A DNA stretch of 64,000 nt, taken from Salinivirgaceae bacterium. Lineage in GTDB: Bacteria; Bacteroidota; Bacteroidia; Bacteroidales; SZUA-534. The stretch is from NCBI GenBank assembly GCA_017617355.1, contig JAFZWI010000002.1:19640-83639 (forward strand). Reading direction: 5' to 3'. The notes under the pieces were generated by a model that was not told the origin of the DNA, made no database searches, and saw only the letters and a list, made by a program, of their open reading frames with translations. The number at the start of each line of letters is the position of its first letter. The first letter of the stretch is position 1. The translations under genes were made by a program, and so were the position numbers. This document shows positions 1 to 8,889 of the stretch, piece after piece.

Positions 1-122
1 GTCAGTTTTTCGGCCTGGCGCACAATGGCACCCACCTGACGGATTGACGCGGTTTTTATGTCGTTGATTTCCAAATCTTTCATTATCCCGTCGATAACCG
101 ACGGCTCGATTACTGTCTTCAT
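1..122 (-). CDS. partial CDS (about 40 N-terminal codons; gene continues left of the window), function not assignable
   Basis: ATG at 122..120 on the minus strand, open to the window edge (MKTVIEPSVIDGIMKDLEINDIKTASIRQVGAIVRQAEKL...). It lies directly downstream of purA on the same strand. Confidence 0.35.
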   Translation of the reverse strand, partial: MKTVIEPSVIDGIMKDLEINDIKTASIRQVGAIVRQAEKL

Positions 123-209
123 TTTATTTAGTTATTGGGTATTGGGTGTTAGGTGTTGGTAGAGACGTGCCGTGCGCGTCTCTACAGAACCTTTCACCTT
201 ACACATTAC

Positions 210-1472
210 TTACCTTTCAATCGTCGCCGTGCGGTCGGGACCGACAGAAACGATTTTTACAGGCACACCTGTCTCATTTTCAATGAATTTGATATAGTCG
301 GCAAACTCGCGCGGGAACTGGCTCTCGCTGGTGATTTTGGTCAAATCGGACTTCCAACCTTTGAACTCTTTGTAAACGGGCTCAATCTTCACGCTGTCGA
401 TATCGAACGGAAAATCGGTAGTCGTCTGACCATCAATCTTATAGGCGGTGCAGATTTTGATTGTGTCGAAATCGTCGAGCACGTCGCTCTTCATCATAAT
501 CAACTGCGTAACGCCGTTAATCATAATGCTGTAGCGAAGCGCAACAAGGTCGAGCCAACCGCAGCGGCGTTTGCGGCCCGTGACGGCGCCGTACTCGTGG
601 CCGAGTTGGCAGATTGTTTCGCCCACATTATCAAACAGTTCGGTCGGAAACGGACCTGCGCCAACACGTGTGCAGTATGCTTTGAAAATGCCATAGACGT
701 TGCCAATCTTGTTAGGGCCAATACCCAAACCTGTGCAAGCGCCCGCACATATTGTGTTTGAAGAAGTTACGAACGGATACGAGCCGAAATCGATATCGAG
801 CATTGTGCCCTGCGCGCCTTCGGCTAAAACCGATTTGCCGTCGGCAAGTAGTTTATTTACAACGTGTTCGCTATCCACAAAGGTGAATTTCTTCAGATAC
901 TCGATTCCCGCAAACCAATCGGCCTCGAGCGACTTCAAATCGTACTCGAAATTGAGCGATTTGAGAATCTGTTCGTGACGGGCTACTGCGGCAGCGTATT
1001 TCTCTTTGAAATTCAGCAAAATATCGCCCACGCGCACGCCATTGCGACTCACTTTGTCGGTGTAGGTTGGGCCGATTCCCTTGCCTGTGGTGCCCACTTT
1101 GTTCTTGCCTTTGGCGGCCTCGTAGGCGGCGTCGAGCAAGCGGTGGGTTGGCAGTATCAAGTGCGCCTTTTTCGATATGTAAAGGCGTTTGGTAAGGTCG
1201 TGTCCCGACTGTGCAAGTGCCTCGGCTTCAGCCTTGAACAACGCAGGGTCGAGCACCACGCCGTTGCCAATGATATTCACTTTGTCGCCCTGGAAAATTC
1301 CCGACGGAATCGACCTCAAAACATATTTTTCGCCGTTAAATTCAAGGGTGTGCCCCGCGTTCGGGCCGCCTTGAAAACGAGTTACCACGTCATATTTCGG
1401 GGTGAGCACGTCAACAACCTTGCCTTTACCCTCGTCGCCCCATTGCAATCCTAACAATACGTCAACTTTCAT
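210..1472 (-). CDS. purA: adenylosuccinate synthetase
   Basis: ORF 210..1493 carries QWGDEGKGK (P-loop), GGPNAGHT, TTGKGIGPTY and GAVTGRKRRCGW, which are PurA hallmarks along the whole length. The probable start is MKVDVLL at 1472. Confidence 0.95.
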   Translation of the reverse strand: MKVDVLLGLQWGDEGKGKVVDVLTPKYDVVTRFQGGPNAGHTLEFNGEKYVLRSIPSGIFQGDKVNIIGNGVVLDPALFKAEAEALAQSGHDLTKRLYISKKAHLILPTHRLLDAAYEAAKGKNKVGTTGKGIGPTYTDKVSRNGVRVGDILLNFKEKYAAAVARHEQILKSLNFEYDLKSLEADWFAGIEYLKKFTFVDSEHVVNKLLADGKSVLAEGAQGTMLDIDFGSYPFVTSSNTICAGACTGLGIGPNKIGNVYGIFKAYCTRVGAGPFPTELFDNVGETICQLGHEYGAVTGRKRRCGWLDLVALRYSIMINGVTQLIMMKSDVLDDFDTIKICTAYKIDGQTTTDFPFDIDSVKIEPVYKEFKGWKSDLTKITSESQFPREFADYIKFIENETGVPVKIVSVGPDRTATIER

Positions 1473-1601
1473 CTGTCTGTAATTTTGCGGCATTCACTGC
1501 CGATTTTTCTAATAAATTGTTATTAAACACTTTGCGGTTTTTAGGCCGCAAAAAAAGCGTTCGAAGGTAATAAAAAAGTTGATTGGTTGAGACTGTTTTG
1601 G

Positions 1602-2438
1602 CTATCTCTTTCGCAAAACGGCCATCGCCGCGTAGTGCCGCACCGTGAAACTGTCGGGGGCGATACGGTTGAGCAAGGCGCGATGCTCGGTGTCCCACTG
1701 CGCAAGCTCGTCGAGGCCAAGCGACGCCCCCACTCCACGGCAGGCTCGCATCCGTCCGTGCCACGATTCACGCGTGAACGGTACATCAAGCTCATACTCC
1801 TCGTGATGCTCAAGCTCGAAGAATTTGTAGGCCACATCGGGAATGGCAATCGGGTGCATTGTCTCGCGCGCCCCCGACCACTGCGGACTGTACTTCAACA
1901 CAAGCTCCTCGCTGGCGCCGGCTATCGGGTCGGCAAAAGGCAACCACGCCATATAAAGTATCAGTAAGCGATCATTATCTTTCAGCAATTCAGCCAAATG
2001 CGGCACTACTCGCTCGTGGTCGAAATACCAGAAACACTGGCAAGCGGTTATCACATCGAAACTTGCTAGCGGAAATTCGATTTGCTCCGCTGAAACTGCC
2101 TGAAAATCAATATTCATACCACTATCAGCGGCCATCCGACGAGCCTCGGCAATTTGCTCGGGCGAGATGTCGGTACCTGTCCACTCCGCCCCAAAATGGT
2201 ACATATTCCGCGGCAAAACGCCTGTGCCTGTACCCAAATCGAGAACCCGTTGCCCGGCCACGCAAAGCCCGCGGTCGGCAATCTTTTGGTAGAAGATGTC
2301 GGGATAAATATCGCGGAAACGGGCGTACTCCTTCGAGGTCCTCCCCCAGTCGAAAGCCCGGCCTGCGTCGATACGGTTGTCGGTAATCTGCATAATGTCA
2401 GCTAATTGTTGCGCAAAGATATGGTTATATTCGGTCAA
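1602..2438 (-). CDS. class I SAM-dependent methyltransferase
   Basis: 278-aa ORF with motif I VLDLGTGTGV and the downstream acidic/aromatic pattern of Methyltransf_11/25-type enzymes. The start codon (TTG at 2438) is uncertain. Confidence 0.8.
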   Translation of the reverse strand: MTEYNHIFAQQLADIMQITDNRIDAGRAFDWGRTSKEYARFRDIYPDIFYQKIADRGLCVAGQRVLDLGTGTGVLPRNMYHFGAEWTGTDISPEQIAEARRMAADSGMNIDFQAVSAEQIEFPLASFDVITACQCFWYFDHERVVPHLAELLKDNDRLLILYMAWLPFADPIAGASEELVLKYSPQWSGARETMHPIAIPDVAYKFFELEHHEEYELDVPFTRESWHGRMRACRGVGASLGLDELAQWDTEHRALLNRIAPDSFTVRHYAAMAVLRKR

Positions 2439-2535
2439 TCGGCAGAGATTTTATTTGCCGAAAAAATTTTTCGTTTTGTGTTTGCGAAAGTCAATATTGG
2501 TTGTACCTTTGCACCGCTTTTTCAGGAAAGCTCTT

Positions 2536-2608
2536 GAATCAGTAGCTCAGTAGGTAGAGCACATCCCTTTTAAGGATGGGGTCCTGGGTTCGAACCCCAG
2601 CTGGTTCA
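2536..2608 (+). tRNA. tRNA-Lys: tRNA-Lys (anticodon UUU)
   Basis: Hand-folded 73-nt cloverleaf. Acceptor GAATCAG/CTGGTTC (one G-U pair); D arm GCTC-AGTAGGTA-GAGC; anticodon stem CATCC/GGATG with loop CTTTTAA. Variable loop GGGTC; T arm CTGGG-TTCGAAC-CCCAG; discriminator A; no encoded CCA. Confidence 0.9.
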
Positions 2609-2642
2609 CTTTTTTTGTGTCCATACTTTTCCATACAATTTT

Positions 2643-2993
2643 GTAGCGCGCTAAAAATCAACAATTTGCATTGTAGCAAAAAAAGTTCGTAACCCAATGG
2701 GGGCAGGGTTCGCCATCCCGCCAAATGTTGCATAATTCCACAAAATTCCACTATTTTTGCTACTAAAATGTTAAACTTAATAATTGAAAAACAACTATTT
2801 ACAAAATTTATATGGATAACACATTAAATATCAGCATTTTATTTTTTGCTACCGTGCATAATGTTATAAATCAACGAATTAGATTAGCGCCATTTTTTGC
2901 TACAACCCAAAAATCGGCTTTTTACACTTTTGTAGCAGCTTAAAACGCTGAAAAACAGCATTTTGACACTTTTAGGGTGCGTAGCAAAAAAAA
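2643..2993. promoter_or_regulatory. array of putative arm-type recombinase binding sites (TTTTTGCTAC / GTAGCAAAAA)
   Basis: TTTTTGCTAC at 2754, 2844 and 2894. The inverted form GTAGCAAAAA is at 2673 and 2981, and partial GTAGC at 2643 and 2932. All lie in the A/T-rich gap between the tRNA and int. Confidence 0.5.
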
Positions 2994-3040
2994 CAAAGCT
3001 AAATAGTTATAAAACAATATTTTAATCAAAAATCAACATT

Positions 3041-4267
3041 ATGGGCAGACCGAGAATAAACAAAGATGAGAAGGTCGCGCAAAAGGCGCGTTTTGATTTC
3101 ATTCACTCGCGGCGCGGCGATGACAAGCTGGAGCTGCTAATCAATTTCGGCTATTCGACGCGCCGGTATGTGGCGACCAAAATAGAGATTCCCAAGTCGG
3201 CGTGGAACGCCGAAGAACAGTCGGTGGTTAAACAATACCCGAACAGCGACAAGATTAACCTCTATCTGCTGCAACTCAAAAGCAGATACGAGGCCGTGGA
3301 GCTTGACTGTATGACAAGGGGTATTCCCTTCAACCCCGAAGCGCTCAATATGGGGCTGAAAATCGGGAGCGCCGGCGTTGTGGCGTACTGCCGCGAGAAA
3401 ATCGACATCGACGTAAAGCGAGAGCTTTACGCGCCGGGGACGGTAAAGCACTACACGACATTCTGCAACGTGCTGGAGCGATTTGAAAAGCAGATGGGCG
3501 AGCTGCTGACTTTCGACATTCTCAACAAGGATATGCTGATTCAGCTTGACATATTCTACAAGAGCATATACACCAGCTTTGAAACGGTGCGCAAGCAGTT
3601 TACATATCTGCACAAGTTTTGCAAAACGGCCAAAGAGGACGGGCTTTTGACGCACGACCCTTTCGCCGGATTCAAGATTGAAAGAGGCCGCGAAACAAAG
3701 CAGACAATGCGCGACGCGCTGAAAGCCGACGAACTGCGGCGGCTGGAGCAGATAGCCGCCGACGGCTGGCTCGACGATAACACACAGCTTGTTTTAGACC
3801 GCTTCCTGCTGTCGTGCTACACCGGCTTGCGCATATCGGACAACGCCGACTTGCGGCGTACCGACATCACCTACGACGAGGACGGACATCTTGTAATCGA
3901 CCGTATCACGCTGAAAAACAAGATTAGGGTATTGCTGCCGCTGCACTACCTTTTCGACGGCAAGGGCGAGGCCATTGTCAACAAGTATATGGAGCGATAC
4001 AAGCTGAACCAGTACGTGTTTCCGCAGCTGTCCGACCAAAAGACGAACTCAAAGCTGAAGCTGATTGCGGCGGCGGCGCAGATTCGCAACTTGGGGCTGT
4101 CGTTTCACATCGCGCGGCACACTTGCGCAACAATGCTGGCTGAAAAGACCGGCAACCCATATACCATTATGCAGCTGCTCGGTCATTCCGACATCAAAAT
4201 ATCAATGACCTATATACATAACAGCTACGCGACGGTGGTAAACAGCCTCGCCGGTGTCAAGTGGTAG
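3041..4267 (+). CDS. int: tyrosine site-specific recombinase (phage integrase)
   Basis: 408 aa. The C-terminal catalytic pattern is LRISD..., HIARHTCAT (HxxR) and LLGHSDIKISMTYIH (H...Y). The N-terminal SAM-like/arm-binding region is typical of Bacteroidota integrases. Confidence 0.92.
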   Translation: MGRPRINKDEKVAQKARFDFIHSRRGDDKLELLINFGYSTRRYVATKIEIPKSAWNAEEQSVVKQYPNSDKINLYLLQLKSRYEAVELDCMTRGIPFNPEALNMGLKIGSAGVVAYCREKIDIDVKRELYAPGTVKHYTTFCNVLERFEKQMGELLTFDILNKDMLIQLDIFYKSIYTSFETVRKQFTYLHKFCKTAKEDGLLTHDPFAGFKIERGRETKQTMRDALKADELRRLEQIAADGWLDDNTQLVLDRFLLSCYTGLRISDNADLRRTDITYDEDGHLVIDRITLKNKIRVLLPLHYLFDGKGEAIVNKYMERYKLNQYVFPQLSDQKTNSKLKLIAAAAQIRNLGLSFHIARHTCATMLAEKTGNPYTIMQLLGHSDIKISMTYIHNSYATVVNSLAGVKW

Positions 4268-4276
4268 TTGCCAATC

Positions 4277-4310
4277 CTTGCTAATTCTTACCAAATTAGC
4301 AAGAATTTGG
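4277..4310 (+). terminator. hairpin directly after int (possible terminator)
   Basis: 10-bp perfect stem CTTGCTAATT (4277..4286) / AATTAGCAAG (4294..4303) with a 7-nt loop. The following T tract is weak (AATTTGG). Confidence 0.35.
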
Positions 4311-4390
4311 GAATCAACAGTTGGAACACTTGTTTTGGCAATCGCTTGATTATGTTTTTTCATTAGTTATCCATTGGGACAAACTCCTTT

Positions 4391-4432
4391 CTAAAAAAGG
4401 CCGGCGAAGCACAGTAACCGGCCTTTGTTGTT
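4391..4432. terminator. bidirectional intrinsic terminator between int and the end of the minus-strand late operon
   Basis: GC stem GGCCGG (4399..4404) / CCGGCC (4418..4423). It is flanked by AAAAAA on the plus strand (a T-run for the minus strand) and by TTTGTTGTTT. Confidence 0.55.
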
Positions 4433-4500
4433 TATAAACAAGCAAGCCGCACCATTCCGGCGCGGCCTGCAACACACAAAACAATTATGAAGAAAATCAT

Positions 4501-4770
4501 CTAATCAAACACAAAGTCCTCGGTGGGCTTGTAATCAAGTTCTTCGTGGCCGTTCCACGCTTGGTTGTACGCACGGCTTCCGTTTGCCGTGAAAATTGTT
4601 TGCAGACCGTCGGTTGTCTCAATCTTCTTGATAAGCCACTTTTTGTCGCCGTAGCCCTTGCAGTCGGGCGTGCAGTAGCCGACATACATTAGATTGTCGT
4701 TCTTTGTCTCAACAACTTGCGGGCTTCTGCCCTCGTCGCTGATTGCTAAAATGAATGGTAATGCGTTCAT
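4501..4770 (-). CDS. small conserved protein, paralogue of 13703..14080 (function unknown; fibre-associated?)
   Basis: 89 aa. Roughly 45% identity by eye to the N-terminal 90 aa of the 125-aa ORF at 13703..14080 (SPxVVET...YVGxCxPxCKGYGxKxWLIK...ANGSxAYNQAW). It is the last gene of the late arm. Confidence 0.75.
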   Translation of the reverse strand: MNALPFILAISDEGRSPQVVETKNDNLMYVGYCTPDCKGYGDKKWLIKKIETTDGLQTIFTANGSRAYNQAWNGHEELDYKPTEDFVFD

Positions 4771-4782
4771 AGTTATTTGATT

Positions 4783-5607
4783 TTAAAGGTTTTGATTTTT
4801 GTAAAACTCTTGTATATACGCCTCTTTTTCGGGAGTGCGCTCGTTAATCATAAAGTAATAGTCTATTTTATTTGCAAAGCCATACGACGGACACACGCGC
4901 TCACATTTGTATTTTAGAAACTCTGCCAGCGTCTTGGTCATATAGTGCGCGATGTAATTGCGGTAGCCGTCAAGAACGGCTTGCGGCTCAAGCAGGCGCA
5001 GCGCGTCGTAGCTTCGGCAGCAAAAATCGCTGTCAATCATAGTTGGTATGATATAAGCCGTAACGTCGTGCAGTTTTTCTTGAAAAGAGTGCGGAGTTAC
5101 GGCTCGCGCCTCACAGCTGCAACGCATTGTCGTTTTGTATAGCTGGCTTAACCATAAGTTGTTTTTAATAACGTGCAGGCGCTCGTACACCGGCACCGAT
5201 TCGTCGCCGACAATAATCTCATCGTCGCCAAACAGCCGCCAGTTCAGTATGACAAAATTTATCCAGCTCGGTACGGGCTGCAAAAACGTTTTTATGTTGC
5301 CCGATTCAAGATGGACAAACTCGTCAACATCGATAAACGAACACCAGTCCGTTTCGCCGGCGTGTCGCAACAACCAATCATCATATACTTGAACATTTGG
5401 AATAGCCGGAAACTCGCGTCCGCGCCAATCTTCTATCACAACGCTATCGCGCAGTTGCGGATTTATGGCCTCGGCAAGCAAGGGGTAGTCGGCATCGTTA
5501 TTATCGTAAATGTATATGCGGTCGTAGCCTATTCCCAAGTGGTAGGCTATCCAGTCGTTAATGTATGCGTTTTCGCGCTTCGCCAATGTGCAAATAGATA
5601 CTATCAT
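4783..5607 (-). CDS. GT-A fold glycosyltransferase (GT92/GT2-like)
   Basis: 274 aa. The N-terminus VSICTLAKRENAYINDWIAYHLGIGYDRIYIYDNN and the DxD-type motif FIDVDEF fit the DUF23/Glyco_transf_92-like pattern. The region looks more AT-rich than the neighbouring fibre genes. Confidence 0.65.
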   Translation of the reverse strand: MIVSICTLAKRENAYINDWIAYHLGIGYDRIYIYDNNDADYPLLAEAINPQLRDSVVIEDWRGREFPAIPNVQVYDDWLLRHAGETDWCSFIDVDEFVHLESGNIKTFLQPVPSWINFVILNWRLFGDDEIIVGDESVPVYERLHVIKNNLWLSQLYKTTMRCSCEARAVTPHSFQEKLHDVTAYIIPTMIDSDFCCRSYDALRLLEPQAVLDGYRNYIAHYMTKTLAEFLKYKCERVCPSYGFANKIDYYFMINERTPEKEAYIQEFYKNQNL

Positions 5608-5620
5608 AACTATATTAATT

Positions 5621-6034
5621 TTAATGTCCAGTTATCCCGCCGTCAAATTGCCCCGAATCATAAGGCTCCATACTACCGTCGGCATTTTCTCTATATTCCC
5701 AAGTTGCAAGATGATAGCCAGTACCACCGCTACCCCCTCCGTGGCCGGTATCAACGTTTGGTGTCATATCCAAATTATTTGTCGGGTCGCTATGATTGGT
5801 GTCGCCGGAAAAATTTGTGTTGCTGTTTTTTAAGGCAAAATCGCAAACTGCGACTACTCTTGTTGCAGTGTAGGTAAAGCCACTTGTAATATTTAGCTTC
5901 AAATTGTGAGATAACAGCCACGCAGTAGTACAATCCCCCTTTGTTATGGCCTTATACATTTTGTCGCCGCCAACGGGGGTTGCGCCGTGTTGCACCAGCT
6001 CATATACCGATGATGATAATTTATTTCCAGCCAT
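5621..6034 (-). CDS. hypothetical protein downstream of the fibre genes
   Basis: 137-aa ORF tightly packed in the operon. Gly-rich stretch GHGGGSGGTG; no recognisable domain. Confidence 0.6.
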   Translation of the reverse strand: MAGNKLSSSVYELVQHGATPVGGDKMYKAITKGDCTTAWLLSHNLKLNITSGFTYTATRVVAVCDFALKNSNTNFSGDTNHSDPTNNLDMTPNVDTGHGGGSGGTGYHLATWEYRENADGSMEPYDSGQFDGGITGH

Positions 6035-6046
6035 ATTATCACGCCT

Positions 6047-7777
6047 TTAAAGTCCTACGACTTGCTTTAATCTCTCAATTTCACGTTGTTGGGTTGCGAC
6101 AATTTCGCGTAATTGCTCTATACACGAAAGCGCCACGATTGACAATTTTGAATAGTCAACACTTTTATATCCGTTCTCGTCCTCGCTGACGATTTCGGGC
6201 AGCACCTTTTCCACGGCCTGCGCCGACGTGCCGATGTTGGTTCGTCCGTCGCCGTCGTTTTTATATTCAAAACGTTTAAGCGGAATATCGGCCAGCCGGT
6301 CGAGGCCGAATACAAAATCGCTCAAATATTTTTTCAGCCTATCGTCCGATGATTGGTAAAGCCCGACGGCGGTAATGTTCGATGTGCTTTCAAGTGTGCC
6401 GGTTCTAACCCTGCCGTTCAAAATTGCGGCGTAGCCAGTCGGAACATCAATTTGAAGGCCAACGTTGTCATCGCCGCCCGATATTGAAATCGTGAGGCCG
6501 CGCAATTTTGATTTGTATGTGGTTGTCGCGTCAGTACCGCCGTGCGTGTTTCCCAGCTTTATTTCCGCGCCGGTCATTTCTACGGCTGTTGAAGCACCGT
6601 CGGTTTTGCCGTTAATCGTAAGCGGAGCTTTTTTAATGTTGCCGATGTATTTCCAAGTGCTTGATGTGCCGGATACACTGGTGCAAACAAATACCTTGCC
6701 GCTGCTGACATTGTGGTACATATCGCCGGCTGACGGATTGTAATCATAACGGCTGTTGGTTGTATTTACAACGCTTGATGTTGCTGTTGCGCCAACTGTG
6801 TTTGACGTTGTGGCTACGTCCGTGCCAAAGAACCAACGCCCTGCGGAAGCGTCAGCGCCATTTGTGCCGTTTGTGCCATTCGTTCCGTTTGTGCCGTTAG
6901 AGCCAGTCGCGCCGGTGTCGCCTTTAGCTCCCTTGATGTTGCCGATGTAGCCCCAAGTGTTAGCCGCGCTTGCTTTATAAACATTCCAGCTGCTTGTGTT
7001 CAAATAAAAGTCGCCGGCCTTTGAGTTGGTAACGCTGGCCGAAATGCCCGATGTGTTCGTGCCGGTTACGGTCGCGCCGCTAAACCACGTAGCGCCATTT
7101 GTGCCGTTTGTGCCATTCGTTCCGTTTGTGCCGTTAGAGCCAGTCGCGCCAGTGTCGCCTTTAGCTCCCTTGATGTTGCCGATGTAGCCCCAAGTGTTAG
7201 CCGCACTTGCTTTATAAACATTCCAGCTGCTTGTGTTTAAATAAAAGTCGCCGGCTTTTGAGTTGGCAACGCTTACGGTTTGCGACCCCGACGTGTGTGT
7301 TACGGCTGTGCCGCCAAACCACGTAGCGCCGTCAGTGCCGTTTGTGCCGTTAGAGCCAGTTGCGCCGGTATCACCCTTGTCACCTTTCGCACCTTTTAGG
7401 TTATGGAAGGTGAGGACGGTTTTTGGCGCTCCAGTCTGCGAATCGACTGTATTTTCGGGAGTTACCGACGGCGTTCCAACTTGGTCTATATCTTGACTTG
7501 TGCCAATTTCAATCTGCTGAATGGCTGTTTCGCCATCGCTTACCGCCCAGCTCGCAACGCCAGTGTTGCTGATAGCTGTGCATTTATACATTTTACCATC
7601 GGACTGACAATAAACGCGGCTTCCAACAACTATAATACCGTCATTGTCGCCATACGCACACGGCAAGGCGTTTCTTGCGTTTGTGTCCGCAACCACGCAA
7701 TAGCCGCCCTTAATGTTATCCGCGTCAATCAAATGTTTGCTTGCCAGCGACGAGCCTAATTGAAATCCTACATTCAT
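6047..7777 (-). CDS. tail fibre/spike protein with collagen-like repeats and a C-terminal Peptidase_S74 intramolecular chaperone domain
   Basis: 576 aa. G-X-Y runs (GAKGDTGATGSNGTNGTNGTNGTNG) occur three times inside 79-aa tandem units. The C-terminus SSDDRLKKYLSDF...IGTSAQAVEKVLPEIV...YSKLSIVALSCIEQL matches the SDxRxK autoproteolytic chaperone of endosialidase/L-shaped fibre type. Confidence 0.85.
   Translation of the reverse strand: MNVGFQLGSSLASKHLIDADNIKGGYCVVADTNARNALPCAYGDNDGIIVVGSRVYCQSDGKMYKCTAISNTGVASWAVSDGETAIQQIEIGTSQDIDQVGTPSVTPENTVDSQTGAPKTVLTFHNLKGAKGDKGDTGATGSNGTNGTDGATWFGGTAVTHTSGSQTVSVANSKAGDFYLNTSSWNVYKASAANTWGYIGNIKGAKGDTGATGSNGTNGTNGTNGTNGATWFSGATVTGTNTSGISASVTNSKAGDFYLNTSSWNVYKASAANTWGYIGNIKGAKGDTGATGSNGTNGTNGTNGTNGADASAGRWFFGTDVATTSNTVGATATSSVVNTTNSRYDYNPSAGDMYHNVSSGKVFVCTSVSGTSSTWKYIGNIKKAPLTINGKTDGASTAVEMTGAEIKLGNTHGGTDATTTYKSKLRGLTISISGGDDNVGLQIDVPTGYAAILNGRVRTGTLESTSNITAVGLYQSSDDRLKKYLSDFVFGLDRLADIPLKRFEYKNDGDGRTNIGTSAQAVEKVLPEIVSEDENGYKSVDYSKLSIVALSCIEQLREIVATQQREIERLKQVVGL
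6855..7400. repeat. in-frame tandem repeat, 237-bp period (2 full copies + 1 partial)
   Basis: GCGCCATTTGTGCC... at 6855 recurs at 7092 with near identity over about 180 bp, and a diverged third copy lies at about 7326..7400. It encodes the collagen-like + SKAGDFYLNTSSWNVYKASAANTWGYIGNIK unit. Confidence 0.9.
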
Positions 7778-7789
7778 AACTACTTGTAT

Positions 7790-8884
7790 TTATGCGATTT
7801 TATAATTCTTTATTTCTGCCGTACCTTGTTTGTCCGACATAAGGCAATAGTATGTTGCAACCAGCCCGTTAAGCATTGTGAATTGCACGGTTGTTTTGGT
7901 TGTTCGGGTAATATTCACCCATTGCCCAACGAAAAACTCTTGAATGTTTGCTTTACTGCTGTCAGTGGTTAGGAAGAAAATATAATCATTAACATTGTTG
8001 CTAATTGTAACGCCGTCATTTTCGTTGATTGTTTTTTCTTTGGTCATTGACGCATCGTATTGTGTCGGCGCAGAATTAGATGATTGTGCGCCGCAATAAA
8101 TGTACTTTTTATTAACCACAATAGCCGACGATTGACTTGTGTCGGAAACGGTGTAGTTGGCTTTTGTGGCCTTTACCTTGTATGCACCAGCCGATTGGTT
8201 GTCGCTTACGGTTATCGTCTTTGAGTTTTCGGTTAATTCAGTCCAGTTTGTGCCGCCGTCAACGCTATATTCGGTTATCGCGTCATTTGTGGCCGACTTA
8301 CTAATGATTACGGTGGCCGTGGCCGCGTATTGGTCGCTATTATCTACCGAAAGAGCCGGCTGCGCCACTTTTGGGGTTATGACAATAGTGTATGGCTGTG
8401 TGGCCTCGTCGCTTGAAACGCCGTTCTTTATGGCTTTCACCTTTACATATTTTGTCAGCGCGGAGTTGTCAGCGTCGGTGCTAAAACCGCTGGCTATTGA
8501 AAATTTGCCGTTTGATATTTGTGTGTATTCCACGTTAGCAAGCGCCGCAGCGGTGTCGGCAATCTTGTAGTAGGCGGTTGCACCCGAATCAATGCCCGAT
8601 ACCTCAATTACCGCGCTGCCAGTAACAACGCTTTTTGCTAATTGTGCAGCGGCTATCGTCGGGGTGTTCGGCTTCGTAAGTTTTGTAAGCGCCGCAAAGT
8701 AGCGGTCGTTGCCAGCCGATACAACCAACTGTTTGTTGTCGATGTCGATTGTGTAGGTGTCGGCTGGCTCGATGTTGCCGTTGCTTCCGATTTTAAGAAT
8801 CTTGCCCGGCTCGGCGTTAGCCACTGTTGCGTTCAGCAGCTTGTTGCCATTCAAGTTTATGTCGGTTTTAAAGTCCATATTCAA
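7790..8884 (-). CDS. fibre/receptor-binding-type protein with two Ig-like (chitobiase C-terminal-like) modules
   Basis: 364 aa. The N-terminus MNMDFKTDINLNGNKLLNATVA is fibre-like. Two modules have the pattern ...YYKIAD...VKVKAIKNGVSSD and ...EYSVDGGTNW...YKVKATKANYTVSD. Confidence 0.6.
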   Translation of the reverse strand: MNMDFKTDINLNGNKLLNATVANAEPGKILKIGSNGNIEPADTYTIDIDNKQLVVSAGNDRYFAALTKLTKPNTPTIAAAQLAKSVVTGSAVIEVSGIDSGATAYYKIADTAAALANVEYTQISNGKFSIASGFSTDADNSALTKYVKVKAIKNGVSSDEATQPYTIVITPKVAQPALSVDNSDQYAATATVIISKSATNDAITEYSVDGGTNWTELTENSKTITVSDNQSAGAYKVKATKANYTVSDTSQSSAIVVNKKYIYCGAQSSNSAPTQYDASMTKEKTINENDGVTISNNVNDYIFFLTTDSSKANIQEFFVGQWVNITRTTKTTVQFTMLNGLVATYYCLMSDKQGTAEIKNYKIA

Positions 8885-8889
8885 ATGAT

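Noticed and set aside
153-1454. Plus-strand ORFs 153..761, 700..978, 864..1454 and 1189..1374 inside purA
   Set aside because: They are antisense shadows of a clearly conserved purA reading frame. They have no motifs and the composition typical of reverse-frame ORFs.
2539-2751. 70-aa minus-strand ORF overlapping tRNA-Lys
   Set aside because: It overlaps a well-folded tRNA and the att/arm region, so it is almost certainly non-coding.
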